From contig JAGUVT010000016.1 in NCBI GenBank assembly GCA_020062745.1, forward strand, positions 1-62,782: 62,782 nt of DNA, in the 5' to 3' direction. Numbering within the stretch: position 1 is the first letter of the stretch; every line of letters starts with the position of its first letter. Of the stretch, positions 28,261 through 36,633 are shown piece after piece. The position numbers and the translations under genes are program-made. Under the pieces are notes generated by a model that was given only the letters and a program-made list of their open reading frames with translations, ran no database searches and was not told where the DNA came from. This DNA comes from Deltaproteobacteria bacterium (GTDB lineage: Bacteria > Bacillota > Desulfotomaculia > Desulfotomaculales > JAGUVT01).

Positions 28261-28704
28261 CTACCCTGCCGGGTTTTCCGTTGCAATTGTTGCGTCTGCC
28301 AGATCCAAGTCCTTTTCGCTGTTTTCATTCTGGTGCGCCTTTGCTTCCGTTACCAGTTCGCCCCACTTTTTTTTAAGGTCGCCGGTTACCCCTTTTACTT
28401 TATCGGCTGCGGCGAGACCGGTCCCGACGGCGGTTACTCCCGCCGCATGCAATTTTTCTTTGACCGGCGACGGCGCTTGTTCTTGCCGGGTCCTGGCGTC
28501 GGCTATGATGTCGCTGAAACCCTCATTTAGTTTGTAGCCCAGGCTCTTGATTTCATCCGAGGTGGCCAGGACAGTTTTAATGCCTGCCACCATTAACCCC
28601 CGCATACCTTTCCTTACCGCCGGACTGGCGATAATACCGGCAGCCAGGCCGAATAATAGAAGATGCCATGGAGACATTCCTGTCGCGTTGAAACGTCTTA
28701 ACAT
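28261..28704 (-). CDS. Small membrane protein, DUF5132-like (family assignment tentative)
   Basis: GGAGGC RBS. One TM helix (WHLLLFGLAAGIIA) then an amphipathic region ending NEGFSDIIADAR. Collinear with the C-terminal part of the divergent neighbour. Confidence 0.55.
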   Translation of the reverse strand: MLRRFNATGMSPWHLLLFGLAAGIIASPAVRKGMRGLMVAGIKTVLATSDEIKSLGYKLNEGFSDIIADARTRQEQAPSPVKEKLHAAGVTAVGTGLAAADKVKGVTGDLKKKWGELVTEAKAHQNENSEKDLDLADATIATENPAG

Positions 28705-28767
28705 AAATATTGCCTCCGAAATGATTTTAGAAAAATTTTACCATTCGGGACCCTTGGTGTCAATATT

Positions 28768-28811
28768 TTAACATAAATTTAACATAAATTTAACATTAAG
28801 TTAACAATCGA
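28768..28811 (+). repeat. Four tandem 11-bp units TTAACA(T/A)(A/T)A(A/T/G)(T/C) with exact 11-nt phasing
   Basis: TTAAC starts at 28768, 28779, 28790 and 28801, in the divergent intergenic region. Confidence 0.85.
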
Positions 28812-28844
28812 GGCGAGTATTTTGCGTAACATTTGTCCGATAGA

Positions 28845-28873
28845 TTGACTATGCGGTATTTAAATGCTAAAAT
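28845..28873 (+). promoter_or_regulatory. Candidate sigma-A promoter TTGACT-17-TAAAAT for the gene at 28917
   Basis: Hexamers and spacing read directly, immediately downstream of the 11-bp repeat array. Confidence 0.5.
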
Positions 28874-28916
28874 ACTAAATGTTTACAATATTCTGGTGTT
28901 CAGGAGGTTTTCTATT

Positions 28917-29525
28917 TTGAGGCGCGGATTAAGAAGCCGGGCGCAAAGTCCTTATTATCTTGAGGAGCTGAAGGAGGAACTGCTGGCTGATTTGGAGGAA
29001 GAACTGGAGAACCGGAGCTACAGGAGGCGGCGTTATTCCAGGCGGGATCTCATGCGGCTGCGTAGTGAGCTTTTCCGGGAATTGAAAGCAGTACGGGCCA
29101 TTGAAAACCGGATGCAGCGCCCGCGCAGCCCGGAAGTGCGCGATTTGATGCGGGAAATTATCGATCTGGCCGGCGAGCAGGGGATGACTATGGACGAGCT
29201 GTACAGCGTTTTTCCCCAACTGGGCCGGACCTCGCCGGGAGCGAGGGTGGCCGGTTTTTTTCAGTCGCGGGGCGGATTGATGGTTTTATTGGCCCTGCTG
29301 GCGCTGCTGGCCGTTCCTTCAACCAGGCAGAAGGTGAGTTCCTTATTGAAGAAAATAATGGCCGAGGCCGGGGAGTTGACCGGCCAGCTCAAGGGTTTTA
29401 TTGCCCGCATGGGGGAGGGAATCGAGGATATCATTGCCGAGGCGCAGTTTGAAAGGATAAAGGACACGGTTGAAAGCGCTGTAAATGAGGAAAATGGCCA
29501 TCCGGATAACGAACAGGGGGTGTAG
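28917..29525 (+). CDS. Membrane protein with an Arg/Glu-rich N-terminal region and a DUF5132-like C-terminal part
   Basis: AGGAGG lies 9 nt before TTG 28917. TM helix LMVLLALLALLAV followed by ...GEGIEDIIAEAQ, paralogous to 28261-28704. Confidence 0.55.
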   Translation: MRRGLRSRAQSPYYLEELKEELLADLEEELENRSYRRRRYSRRDLMRLRSELFRELKAVRAIENRMQRPRSPEVRDLMREIIDLAGEQGMTMDELYSVFPQLGRTSPGARVAGFFQSRGGLMVLLALLALLAVPSTRQKVSSLLKKIMAEAGELTGQLKGFIARMGEGIEDIIAEAQFERIKDTVESAVNEENGHPDNEQGV

Positions 29526-29526
29526 G

Positions 29527-29760
29527 ATGAACCGGCTGGAGTTGATTGAAGCCAAGCTGGGCGAGGCGCTGGCGTTGGTCCGCGAGGCTGTTGAGCACAG
29601 TGTGGAGGCGATGGGAGAGAACTCCGAATCTGAGCGCAGGGTGGCGCTTTTATGGGAGGATTTTTTAGGTGAGTTTTTTTCGTATTTAAAACAAAAAAGC
29701 AAAGAGAAGAAACGTAATTTACTGGGAATCGTGTCTTTCGCCAGGATCTGGCGGCGGTAG
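29527..29760 (+). CDS. Hypothetical small protein, translationally coupled to the upstream gene
   Basis: ATG at 29527 directly follows the upstream stop, preceded by GGGGGTG. 77 aa with a helical, basic C-terminus. Confidence 0.4.
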   Translation: MNRLELIEAKLGEALALVREAVEHSVEAMGENSESERRVALLWEDFLGEFFSYLKQKSKEKKRNLLGIVSFARIWRR

Positions 29761-29921
29761 GGTAATAGTAGCATATGACGGAACAAGCGGCCTGGAAAGT
29801 ACCACACCGGCCGGGCATGGCGTTTTCATGAAGGAGTTTTTTAGTGCTGCTATTGGCGTGGATTGATGATGACTGGATAATTTTTCTGGTAAAATTTCTA
29901 GATGCTTGTTATTATTAAGAT

Positions 29922-31289
29922 ATGAAGTATATAAAGCCGGCCGGGAAAGGACATGAAGAGTTGAAAGCGTTCAGATTTACACCGCTTTTTATCCTGCTGG
30001 TCCTGCTGCCGCTGCTTTTGCTTTCAACTGCTCCGGTCCGGGCGGACCGGCAGTTGGGAAAAGTGGTTGTGCTCACGGTGGACGGGCCTATCGTGCCGGT
30101 GGTCGCCGCTTACCTGGAGCGGGGCATCGGCCTGGCCGAACAGCAGGGCGCCGTATGTGTTATTGAGTTGAACACGCCCGGCGGTCTTTACCAGTCCACC
30201 CAGAAAATCGTAGGCCGTATTTTAAATGCCGGGGTGCCGATAGTGGTCTACGTTTCCCCGCAAGGGGGCTGGGCTGCTTCTGCCGGTACCTTTGTTACTG
30301 TTGCTGCTCATTATGCGGCAATGGCGCCGGGCAGCCGGATTGGAGCTGCCCACCCGGTAACGGTTGGCGCGGATGAAAAGGTGAGCGTGCCGACTGAGAA
30401 AATTACCGAAGATGCAGCGGCCTGGATTCGTTCCCTGGCCCAGATGAGAGGCAGAAATATCCGGGCTGCCGAACTGGCTGTACGGGAAAGCAGGTCTCTT
30501 TCCGATCAGGAGGCGCTGGAAAACCGGTTGATTGATGCCTGTGCCCGTGATTTGGAGGAACTTCTGGATAAAATAAACGGGAAAGAAGTTACTTTACAGG
30601 ACGGCCGGAAGGTAATTGTAAATACTCAAAATGCTGAACGCCGGCTGGCAGCAATGAATTTGCGGGAAAAGTTTCTTTTAGCTATCAGCAACCCGGAAAT
30701 TGCCTATTTGTTTTTTACTTTGGGAATGCTTGGCTTAATGGTGGAAATTTATAACCCCGGCGCTGTTTTCCCGGGGGTTGTCGGCGGGCTCGGACTTTTG
30801 CTGGGGCTTTACGGCCTGGGTACGCTTGACGCTTACTGGGGAGGTATTTTGCTGCTGATCCTGGCCTTCGGTCTTTTCGTGGCGGAGGCGTTTGTAGTCA
30901 GCCACGGGTTGCTGGGTACCGGCGGGCTGGTCTCTTTTGTGCTGGGCTCCATGCTTCTTTTTACAGGAGGCGTCCCTGGTTTGCGGGTCAATCCCTGGCT
31001 CATTGTTATGAATACCCTGTTTTTTGCCGCGTTGCTGGCGCTGCTGGTGACGGCTGTTGTGCGCGGACAAAGACGGAGGGTAATTACCGGATTGGAGGGA
31101 ATAATCGGTCAGGCGGCTGTTGCCCGCACACCGCTTTCGCCGGAAGGAACGGTGTTTTACGGCGGCAGCTTGTGGAATGCGGTATCTGAAGAGGGGTGGT
31201 TGGAAAAAGGGGAGAAGGTAATTATTACCGGCGTGGAAGGGTTGCTATTGCGGGTAAGAAAAAAAGACGGGGCCGGCCCGGAAGAGTAA
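29922..31289 (+). CDS. nfeD: NfeD-family membrane-bound ClpP-class serine protease
   Basis: ClpP-like N-domain (NTPGG, SAGTF), multi-TM middle, C-terminal OB-fold NfeD domain. Followed by a stomatin gene. Confidence 0.88.
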   Translation: MKYIKPAGKGHEELKAFRFTPLFILLVLLPLLLLSTAPVRADRQLGKVVVLTVDGPIVPVVAAYLERGIGLAEQQGAVCVIELNTPGGLYQSTQKIVGRILNAGVPIVVYVSPQGGWAASAGTFVTVAAHYAAMAPGSRIGAAHPVTVGADEKVSVPTEKITEDAAAWIRSLAQMRGRNIRAAELAVRESRSLSDQEALENRLIDACARDLEELLDKINGKEVTLQDGRKVIVNTQNAERRLAAMNLREKFLLAISNPEIAYLFFTLGMLGLMVEIYNPGAVFPGVVGGLGLLLGLYGLGTLDAYWGGILLLILAFGLFVAEAFVVSHGLLGTGGLVSFVLGSMLLFTGGVPGLRVNPWLIVMNTLFFAALLALLVTAVVRGQRRRVITGLEGIIGQAAVARTPLSPEGTVFYGGSLWNAVSEEGWLEKGEKVIITGVEGLLLRVRKKDGAGPEE

Positions 31290-31320
31290 ATTTTTACCAC
31301 TATAAAATTCTTTTAATAGT

Positions 31321-31343
31321 TTCTCGGTGTTCTCTGTGGCTAA
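31321..31343. repeat. Intergenic repeat locus L5 (module D fragment)
   Basis: TTCTCGGTGTTCTCTGTGGCTAA; the reverse complement resembles GCCACAGAGGGCACAGAAAACAC at 39262. Confidence 0.45.
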
Positions 31344-31372
31344 ATTAATTTCTTAAGGAGGTTTTTGAAGAA

Positions 31373-32143
31373 ATGGAAGTTTTCTCGGCGGTTTTTATTC
31401 TGGTGGTAGTTTTTATGCTGCTTGCTGCAACAATTAAGATTGTCCAGGAGTACGAGCGGGGCGTGATTTTTCGCCTTGGCCGCTGTGTCGGGGCCCGTGG
31501 ACCGGGACTGATTATTTTAATTCCGATTATCGAGCGGATGCAAAAGGTTGACTTGCGGGTAATCACCATGGATGTACCGTCCCAGGAGGCCATTACCAGC
31601 GATAATGTTACCATCAAGGTAAACGCTATTGTGTACTTTCAGGTGATCAACCCGGTGCAGTCAGTGGTTAACGTGCTTGACTTCATTCAAGCCACTTCGC
31701 AGCTTTCTCAGACCACCCTGCGCAGTGTCATGGGTCAGTCCGAGCTGGATGAAATACTTTCCAAGAGGGAAGAAATCAATCAGCGTCTGCAAAAGACTAT
31801 TGATGAGGGCACCGAACCATGGGGAATTAAGGTAAGCCTGGTAGAAATCCGCGATTTGGAACTGCCGTCCACCATGCAGCGGGCCATGGCCGCGCAGGCA
31901 GAGGCCGAGCGGGAACGGCGGGCTAAAATAATTCATGCGGACGGCGAGTACCAGGCTGCCGAGAGGCTGGCTGAAGCCGCCAGAATCATCGCGCGGGCTC
32001 CGGCCGCCTTGCAACTGCGTTATCTCCAGACGTTACGGGAAATCAGCACTGATAAGTCCAGTACGATAGTATTTCCTTTGCCGGTAGATTTACTGACGCC
32101 TTTTGTTAAACATCTGTCGAAGGGAGAAAAGCCAGAGGGCTAA
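31373..32143 (+). CDS. SPFH/Band-7 stomatin-like protein
   Basis: [17 protein letters not shown], and an [17 protein letters not shown] coiled region. Classic NfeD-stomatin operon. Confidence 0.93.
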   Translation: MEVFSAVFILVVVFMLLAATIKIVQEYERGVIFRLGRCVGARGPGLIILIPIIERMQKVDLRVITMDVPSQEAITSDNVTIKVNAIVYFQVINPVQSVVNVLDFIQATSQLSQTTLRSVMGQSELDEILSKREEINQRLQKTIDEGTEPWGIKVSLVEIRDLELPSTMQRAMAAQAEAERERRAKIIHADGEYQAAERLAEAARIIARAPAALQLRYLQTLREISTDKSSTIVFPLPVDLLTPFVKHLSKGEKPEG

Positions 32144-32166
32144 CCAGGATTGTCTTGACTTAACCC

Positions 32167-32293
32167 GGCGAAGCCTTAAAGCAGTCTCTCATGTGAAGAA
32201 CACAGAAGTCAGAGTCCAGGAGCCAGTAGAAAAGTTCTATTTCTACTTAATTTTTACTGCTGACTGCTGAATGCTTATGGCTGATAGCTTATG
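32167..32293 (+). repeat. Intergenic repeat locus L6 (modules E, D-like, B)
   Basis: GCGAAGCCTTAAAGCA, ...GTTCTATTTCTACTTAATTTTTACTGCTGACTGCTGAATGC, GCTGATAGCTTATG; homologous to L7. Confidence 0.8.
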
Positions 32294-33436
32294 TTAAACC
32301 AGATACCCCTGCTTTAAGTTGAAGATAATTTCTTCGACGTCTTCGCCCCGCCCTTGTATATGCTGTAACAGCTTTTCTATCCGGCTCCGCTTTACTGGGT
32401 GGTGGATGTCGCTTAAACCGTTATAGTGGCCGGTCCGCCTGCCCAGCCGGTAGATCAGCCTTTCTTCCGGCGGCAGGGAAAGGTACCGGTTGATTACGTT
32501 TAGCATTTTCTCTTTGTCCTCCGGCAGTTTGCCTTCAACTTCTGGCAGGAGATTTTCGATGTGATCGCTCAAGAGGTTGCTGTCAACCTTTAATTCCTTG
32601 AGGAATTCGGCTATTTCCATAACCACTTCATCGTCGGTGAGCAATTCAAACTCACCGCTCTTGTACTTTCCATATAAGGGCAAGTCTTCTCTCAATACCA
32701 GGCTCCGCAGGCGGATAAAGTCCGGGTTTATCTCGTTGAGTACCCGGGCTGTTTCACGGGCGTGTTCCTGCGACCATTTTCTTCCCCCCAGCCCCGGCAT
32801 AACATACTCCGACAGAGAGATCCCGGCAGCCACGACATTTTGTCCGGCCCGGATGTGTTCTTCGGCGGTGGCTCCTTTCAGGACGTACTTCAGCACTTCA
32901 TCGTGGCCGCTTTCAATGCCGATGTGCAGCCTGGAAAGCCCGGCGGCGTGAATTTCTTTTAATTCCTCCAGGCGCTTGCGGGCGGTTACTTTTGAGCTTC
33001 CGTAGGAAGTGATCCGGTCAATCGAGGGCAGCGTTTGCTTTAAAAATTTCAGCACTTCTACCAGATCAGGGGTACGCAGGATGATGCTGTTGGCGTCCTG
33101 CAGGAATACCGTCCGGCCGCCGAAGTACAGCCACAGCGCCACTACCCGGAAACTATCGTTGGGCGGGTTTTCGTAGACACGTGCCGCCGCTTCTTTAGTG
33201 TTCCCTCCCCATCCCGTTCTCCAGGAGAGAGCGCTTATCTTTTCTTGAATTATCTTTACCGTTTCAATATCCTTTTTTATTTCCTCCACTGTTCTCAGTG
33301 AGAACTTTTTCCCCTTGTTTGTAGTACAAAACTCGCACCTGTTCCAGGGACAGCTTCTAGTCAGACGGAGGAGCAGGGAATGAGCTTCACTGGGTGGCCG
33401 GGAAGGCCCCAGTTCATAGCGTGGATATTCTTCCAT
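32294..33436 (-). CDS. Radical SAM domain protein of unknown function with CX4CX2C cluster spacing
   Basis: RSCPWNRCEFC near the N-terminus, and a TIM-barrel-like core (FLQDANS, HIGIESG). Confidence 0.8.
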   Translation of the reverse strand: MEEYPRYELGPSRPPSEAHSLLLRLTRSCPWNRCEFCTTNKGKKFSLRTVEEIKKDIETVKIIQEKISALSWRTGWGGNTKEAAARVYENPPNDSFRVVALWLYFGGRTVFLQDANSIILRTPDLVEVLKFLKQTLPSIDRITSYGSSKVTARKRLEELKEIHAAGLSRLHIGIESGHDEVLKYVLKGATAEEHIRAGQNVVAAGISLSEYVMPGLGGRKWSQEHARETARVLNEINPDFIRLRSLVLREDLPLYGKYKSGEFELLTDDEVVMEIAEFLKELKVDSNLLSDHIENLLPEVEGKLPEDKEKMLNVINRYLSLPPEERLIYRLGRRTGHYNGLSDIHHPVKRSRIEKLLQHIQGRGEDVEEIIFNLKQGYLV

Positions 33437-33614
33437 TAGAAAGGCTCCCTCTTTTCTTGAATGCTTAATTCAAGTATAGCACAACCAGGCGTATTTAGTC
33501 ATGAATATTTTACCGCGCCGGTGGTGTGGTAATGAATCCTTGATTTAGCCAAGTCGGTGCCCCTTTTTTAAGTCCTGCATATGATGGGTTAAGGTTCACT
33601 TTAGGAGGGGTTTT

Positions 33615-34619
33615 ATGGACAGATATTTTGACGCTTTAAAGAGAAATAGAAGGAAAATTTTACGCCTGGATAACGTGGTTGGTGTGGGTGTCGGGTATAA
33701 GCAGGTGGGAACGACTACTACCGACCAGCCGGCACTGGTTGTTTATGTTAAAAAGAAGCATCCGGTAAAAAACCTGGTTAGAAGCCATGTTGTTCCGAAG
33801 CAGTTAGACGGCCTGGCAACCGATGTAGTGGAAATCGGCACGGTCAGGATGCTGGTCAGTCGTACCGAAAAAGAACGCCCGTGTCAGCCGGGGGTAAGCA
33901 TCGGTCATTATCAGTCGACGGCGGGAACCCTGGGGGCGATAGTTAAGGATAAGGCTACCGGTAAAATGATGATTTTATCCAACAATCATGTGCTGGCCAA
34001 CGCTACTACCGACCGGGACGCCCGGGCCAAGGTGGGCGATCCGATCCTGCAGCCCGGCCCTTATGATGGAGGTACTTTAGCCGAACGGATCGGTGCTTTG
34101 GAAAGGTTTATTCCGTTGCAAAAAAGTGAGGTTCCGGCCGAATGTCCGATGGCAGTTAGTGTTGCCCGCAGCACCAACCTGTTTTTACAGTTATTCAGGC
34201 CGGATTATAAGTTTCGCATGGTAAAACAACTGACAGTCGAAAATGTTGTCGACTGTGCCCTGGCCCGGCCGGATTCATCCCGCATGGTACAGCCGGCTAT
34301 TTTGGAAATCGGCGAGGTAACTGGAGTAGCAGAAGTAAAACCCGGCCAGACGGTGCAGAAAAGCGGGCGCACGAGCGGTGTTACCAAGGGTATTGTAAAA
34401 ACCGTCGGGACTACCCTGGAGGTAGAGATGAAAGATAACGAGACAATCATGTTTTCCGACCAGGTGGTTGCCGACATGGTTTCCCTGCCGGGCGATAGCG
34501 GGTCGCTGGTATTGGATGAAGAACGGAGGGCGGTAGGACTTCTTTTTGCTGGTTCGGACAAAATTACGGTTTTTAACCGGATTCAAAATGTGGTTGAGAA
34601 ACTGGCTGTAGAGTTTTAG
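33615..34619 (+). CDS. Chymotrypsin-fold (S1 family) serine peptidase with an N-terminal pro-like region
   Basis: Catalytic contexts SNNHVLA (His), VDCALAR (Asp), PGDSGSLV (Ser). Confidence 0.8.
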   Translation: MDRYFDALKRNRRKILRLDNVVGVGVGYKQVGTTTTDQPALVVYVKKKHPVKNLVRSHVVPKQLDGLATDVVEIGTVRMLVSRTEKERPCQPGVSIGHYQSTAGTLGAIVKDKATGKMMILSNNHVLANATTDRDARAKVGDPILQPGPYDGGTLAERIGALERFIPLQKSEVPAECPMAVSVARSTNLFLQLFRPDYKFRMVKQLTVENVVDCALARPDSSRMVQPAILEIGEVTGVAEVKPGQTVQKSGRTSGVTKGIVKTVGTTLEVEMKDNETIMFSDQVVADMVSLPGDSGSLVLDEERRAVGLLFAGSDKITVFNRIQNVVEKLAVEF

Positions 34620-34623
34620 TACA

Positions 34624-34779
34624 GCGAAGCCTTAAAGCAAGCTCTCAGTTCTATTTCTACCTAATTCTTACCGCTGACTCCTGACCGAATTCTTTCTTTA
34701 TGCTGATAGCTGACGGCTGACAGCTCATATGGGATTGTTTCGCGAAAAGCGCTCGCAATGACAAAAGGGTTATTTTCAG
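34624..34779 (+). repeat. Intergenic repeat locus L7 (modules E, B, half module A, tail)
   Basis: GCGAAGCCTTAAAGCA, GTTCTATTTCTACCTAATTCTTACCGCTGACTCCTGAC, GAATTCTTTCTTTATGCTGATAGCTGACGGCTGA, CTCGCAATGAC, AAGGGTTATTTTCAG. Confidence 0.85.
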
Positions 34780-34798
34780 ACTAGAGGAGGCGAGTGAA

Positions 34799-35110
34799 GT
34801 GACCGATAACCTGGGAGTGGTGAGAGGAGTGGCGCTGTCTTTCCTGGGGAAAGATATTCCGGCTCTCGGCCCGCGATTCCAGAAAAAAGAAGAAGCCATT
34901 AAAGTAGCCCGGCAGTACCTCAAAAGAATTAGTGAAGTGACGGGCGGTATCAGGCGGGCGCCGGTGCAAATTTCTCTTGGCCGGCAGCAAGATGGACGTT
35001 ATTTTCTGATCTTGCAAACTGCCGGTAAAGCCATGGAAAGGCTTGATAATATTGATGAACTGCTGATAAAAAGATTTCGGAAAGGGTTAAAAAAAACTTT
35101 TTTATTCTGA
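34799..35110 (+). CDS. Hypothetical protein
   Basis: GAGGAGG lies 8 nt before GTG 34799. 103 aa with no recognisable motif. Confidence 0.5.
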   Translation: MTDNLGVVRGVALSFLGKDIPALGPRFQKKEEAIKVARQYLKRISEVTGGIRRAPVQISLGRQQDGRYFLILQTAGKAMERLDNIDELLIKRFRKGLKKTFLF

Positions 35111-35460
35111 CCTGTTTTGTTGAGGAAGCAGACAGCGAACTGGAATGCCTGGCCCTTACCGAAGGTCTGGGAGTAGTGTTTTATACATCGGGCTGGAAAC
35201 TGTAACTCGTATGCCTGTGTGAAATTGTTGCCCTCAACGTCCGGGCATTTCTGGTGAGATTTAACAACAACCTGTATTTTGCTGTTTTTAATTAATCTTG
35301 TAACTAATTCAATAATTATATAATGCTCATCATTGCTGAACAGAGATTATTAATGTTGCCGGTGTAACCGTTTTATATTAGACTAGCTATAAGCTATGAT
35401 TGGACGAGCCTTTTATTTGCATACAGTTAGAATTTATAAAGGAAAGGGGTTTAATTTAAT

Positions 35461-36426
35461 TTGGGAAAGAGATTAAGTAAGCACAACGTAGTGATTATGT
35501 TTTTCTTGCTATTATCGTTTTTGTTTGCGGCCTTTAATGTTACCGGTGTTTCAGCCGGTACACCTCAAGTTGCCTTGACTGCAGATGAACAACAAATGGT
35601 TGAATTGATTAACCGGCACCGGGTTGCTGTGGGGCTTCAGCCGTTTCAGGTGGACATGATTTTAACACAAGTAGCCAGGTTAAAAACTCAGGATATGCTG
35701 GAGCAAGGCTATTTTGCCCACCAATCTCCCACTTACGGGTCTCCTTTTGAAATGATCAGAGCGGCTGGATTACAATATCGCTATGCTGGTGAAACACTGG
35801 CAATGGCTCCTTCTGTTGAAGCGGCGTTCAGTGCAGTAAAAAGTGGCCGTAACGTATTAAGCGACAAATTTGACCGGATCGGTATTGGTATTGCTGCCAG
35901 AGGATCTTCCCGGGTGTTTACTTTGCTTTTTACCGGTGGTCAGAAATCGGTTTCGTGGCAACTGAACCTGCAGCCGGCGCCGCAACCGGTTATCCAGCCT
36001 GTTCCGCAGCAACCTCAACCGGAGCCTGTTCCTTTGAATGACGGGTTAAGCGCTGACGAGCGACAGATGTTGAATCTTGTCAATCAGGAGCGGGTTGCCG
36101 CCGGCCGGCAACCTTTACAGGTAGACATGGCTCTGGTTAAACTGGCCCGCCTGAAAGCGCAGGACATGATTGACAAGGGTTATTTTGACCACCAGTCTCC
36201 CACTTACGGCTCTCCCTTTGAAATGATCCAGGCAGCCGGGATAGAGTACCGCTATGCCGGGGAGAACCTGGCCGGCGCTCCTACGGTGAACAGCGCTCAC
36301 GAAAACCTGATGAATTCTTCCGGCCACCGGGCCAATATTTTAAATGCCAATTACACAAAAACAGGAATCGGGATAGTTGACGGGGGACCGTACGGTAAGA
36401 TGTTTGTCCAGTTGTTTACCGGCTAG
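35461..36426 (+). CDS. Secreted protein with two CAP/SCP (YkwD-like) domains joined by a Pro/Gln linker
   Basis: Signal peptide. Duplicated block (L.ADE.QM..L.N..R...G.QP.QVDM....AR.K.QDM...GYF.HQSPTYGSPFEMI.AAG..YRYAGE.LA). Only the second copy keeps SGHRANIL. Confidence 0.85.
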   Translation: MGKRLSKHNVVIMFFLLLSFLFAAFNVTGVSAGTPQVALTADEQQMVELINRHRVAVGLQPFQVDMILTQVARLKTQDMLEQGYFAHQSPTYGSPFEMIRAAGLQYRYAGETLAMAPSVEAAFSAVKSGRNVLSDKFDRIGIGIAARGSSRVFTLLFTGGQKSVSWQLNLQPAPQPVIQPVPQQPQPEPVPLNDGLSADERQMLNLVNQERVAAGRQPLQVDMALVKLARLKAQDMIDKGYFDHQSPTYGSPFEMIQAAGIEYRYAGENLAGAPTVNSAHENLMNSSGHRANILNANYTKTGIGIVDGGPYGKMFVQLFTG

Positions 36427-36445
36427 GAGGGTTTTTATTAAGATT

Positions 36446-36515
36446 TCACTTCTTCTGAATTCTGAATCCTGACTGCTGAATTCTTTCTTTATGCTGAAAG
36501 ATGATTGCTGACCGC
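36446..36515. repeat. Intergenic repeat locus L8 (module-B-like)
   Basis: CTGAATTCTGAATCCTGACTGCTGAATTCTTTCTTTATGCTGAAAGATGATTGCTGACCGCC shares GAATTCTTTCTTTATGCTGA with L7. Confidence 0.7.
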
Positions 36516-36633
36516 CAGGTCAGATTAAAAAAGGGGATTAAAAGTCCTCTTTTTTCCTTTTTTAAGGGGTAAATCACATTTTTTTCTGCCGCTCATATAT
36601 TAATGTAGAAAATTATTGAAAGGAGGAACAGGC

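Noticed and set aside
28768-28811. Tandem 11-bp repeats (and the dispersed palindromic repeats) as a CRISPR array
   Set aside because: The units are contiguous without spacers, only 11 bp long and only four copies. The dispersed repeats are not regularly spaced, and no cas genes are present.
29261-29818. Minus-strand ORFs 29261-29818 and 29343-29807
   Set aside because: They are antisense to the better-supported plus-strand genes (RBS, translational coupling, paralogy). The products are Pro/Ser/Cys-rich and low complexity.
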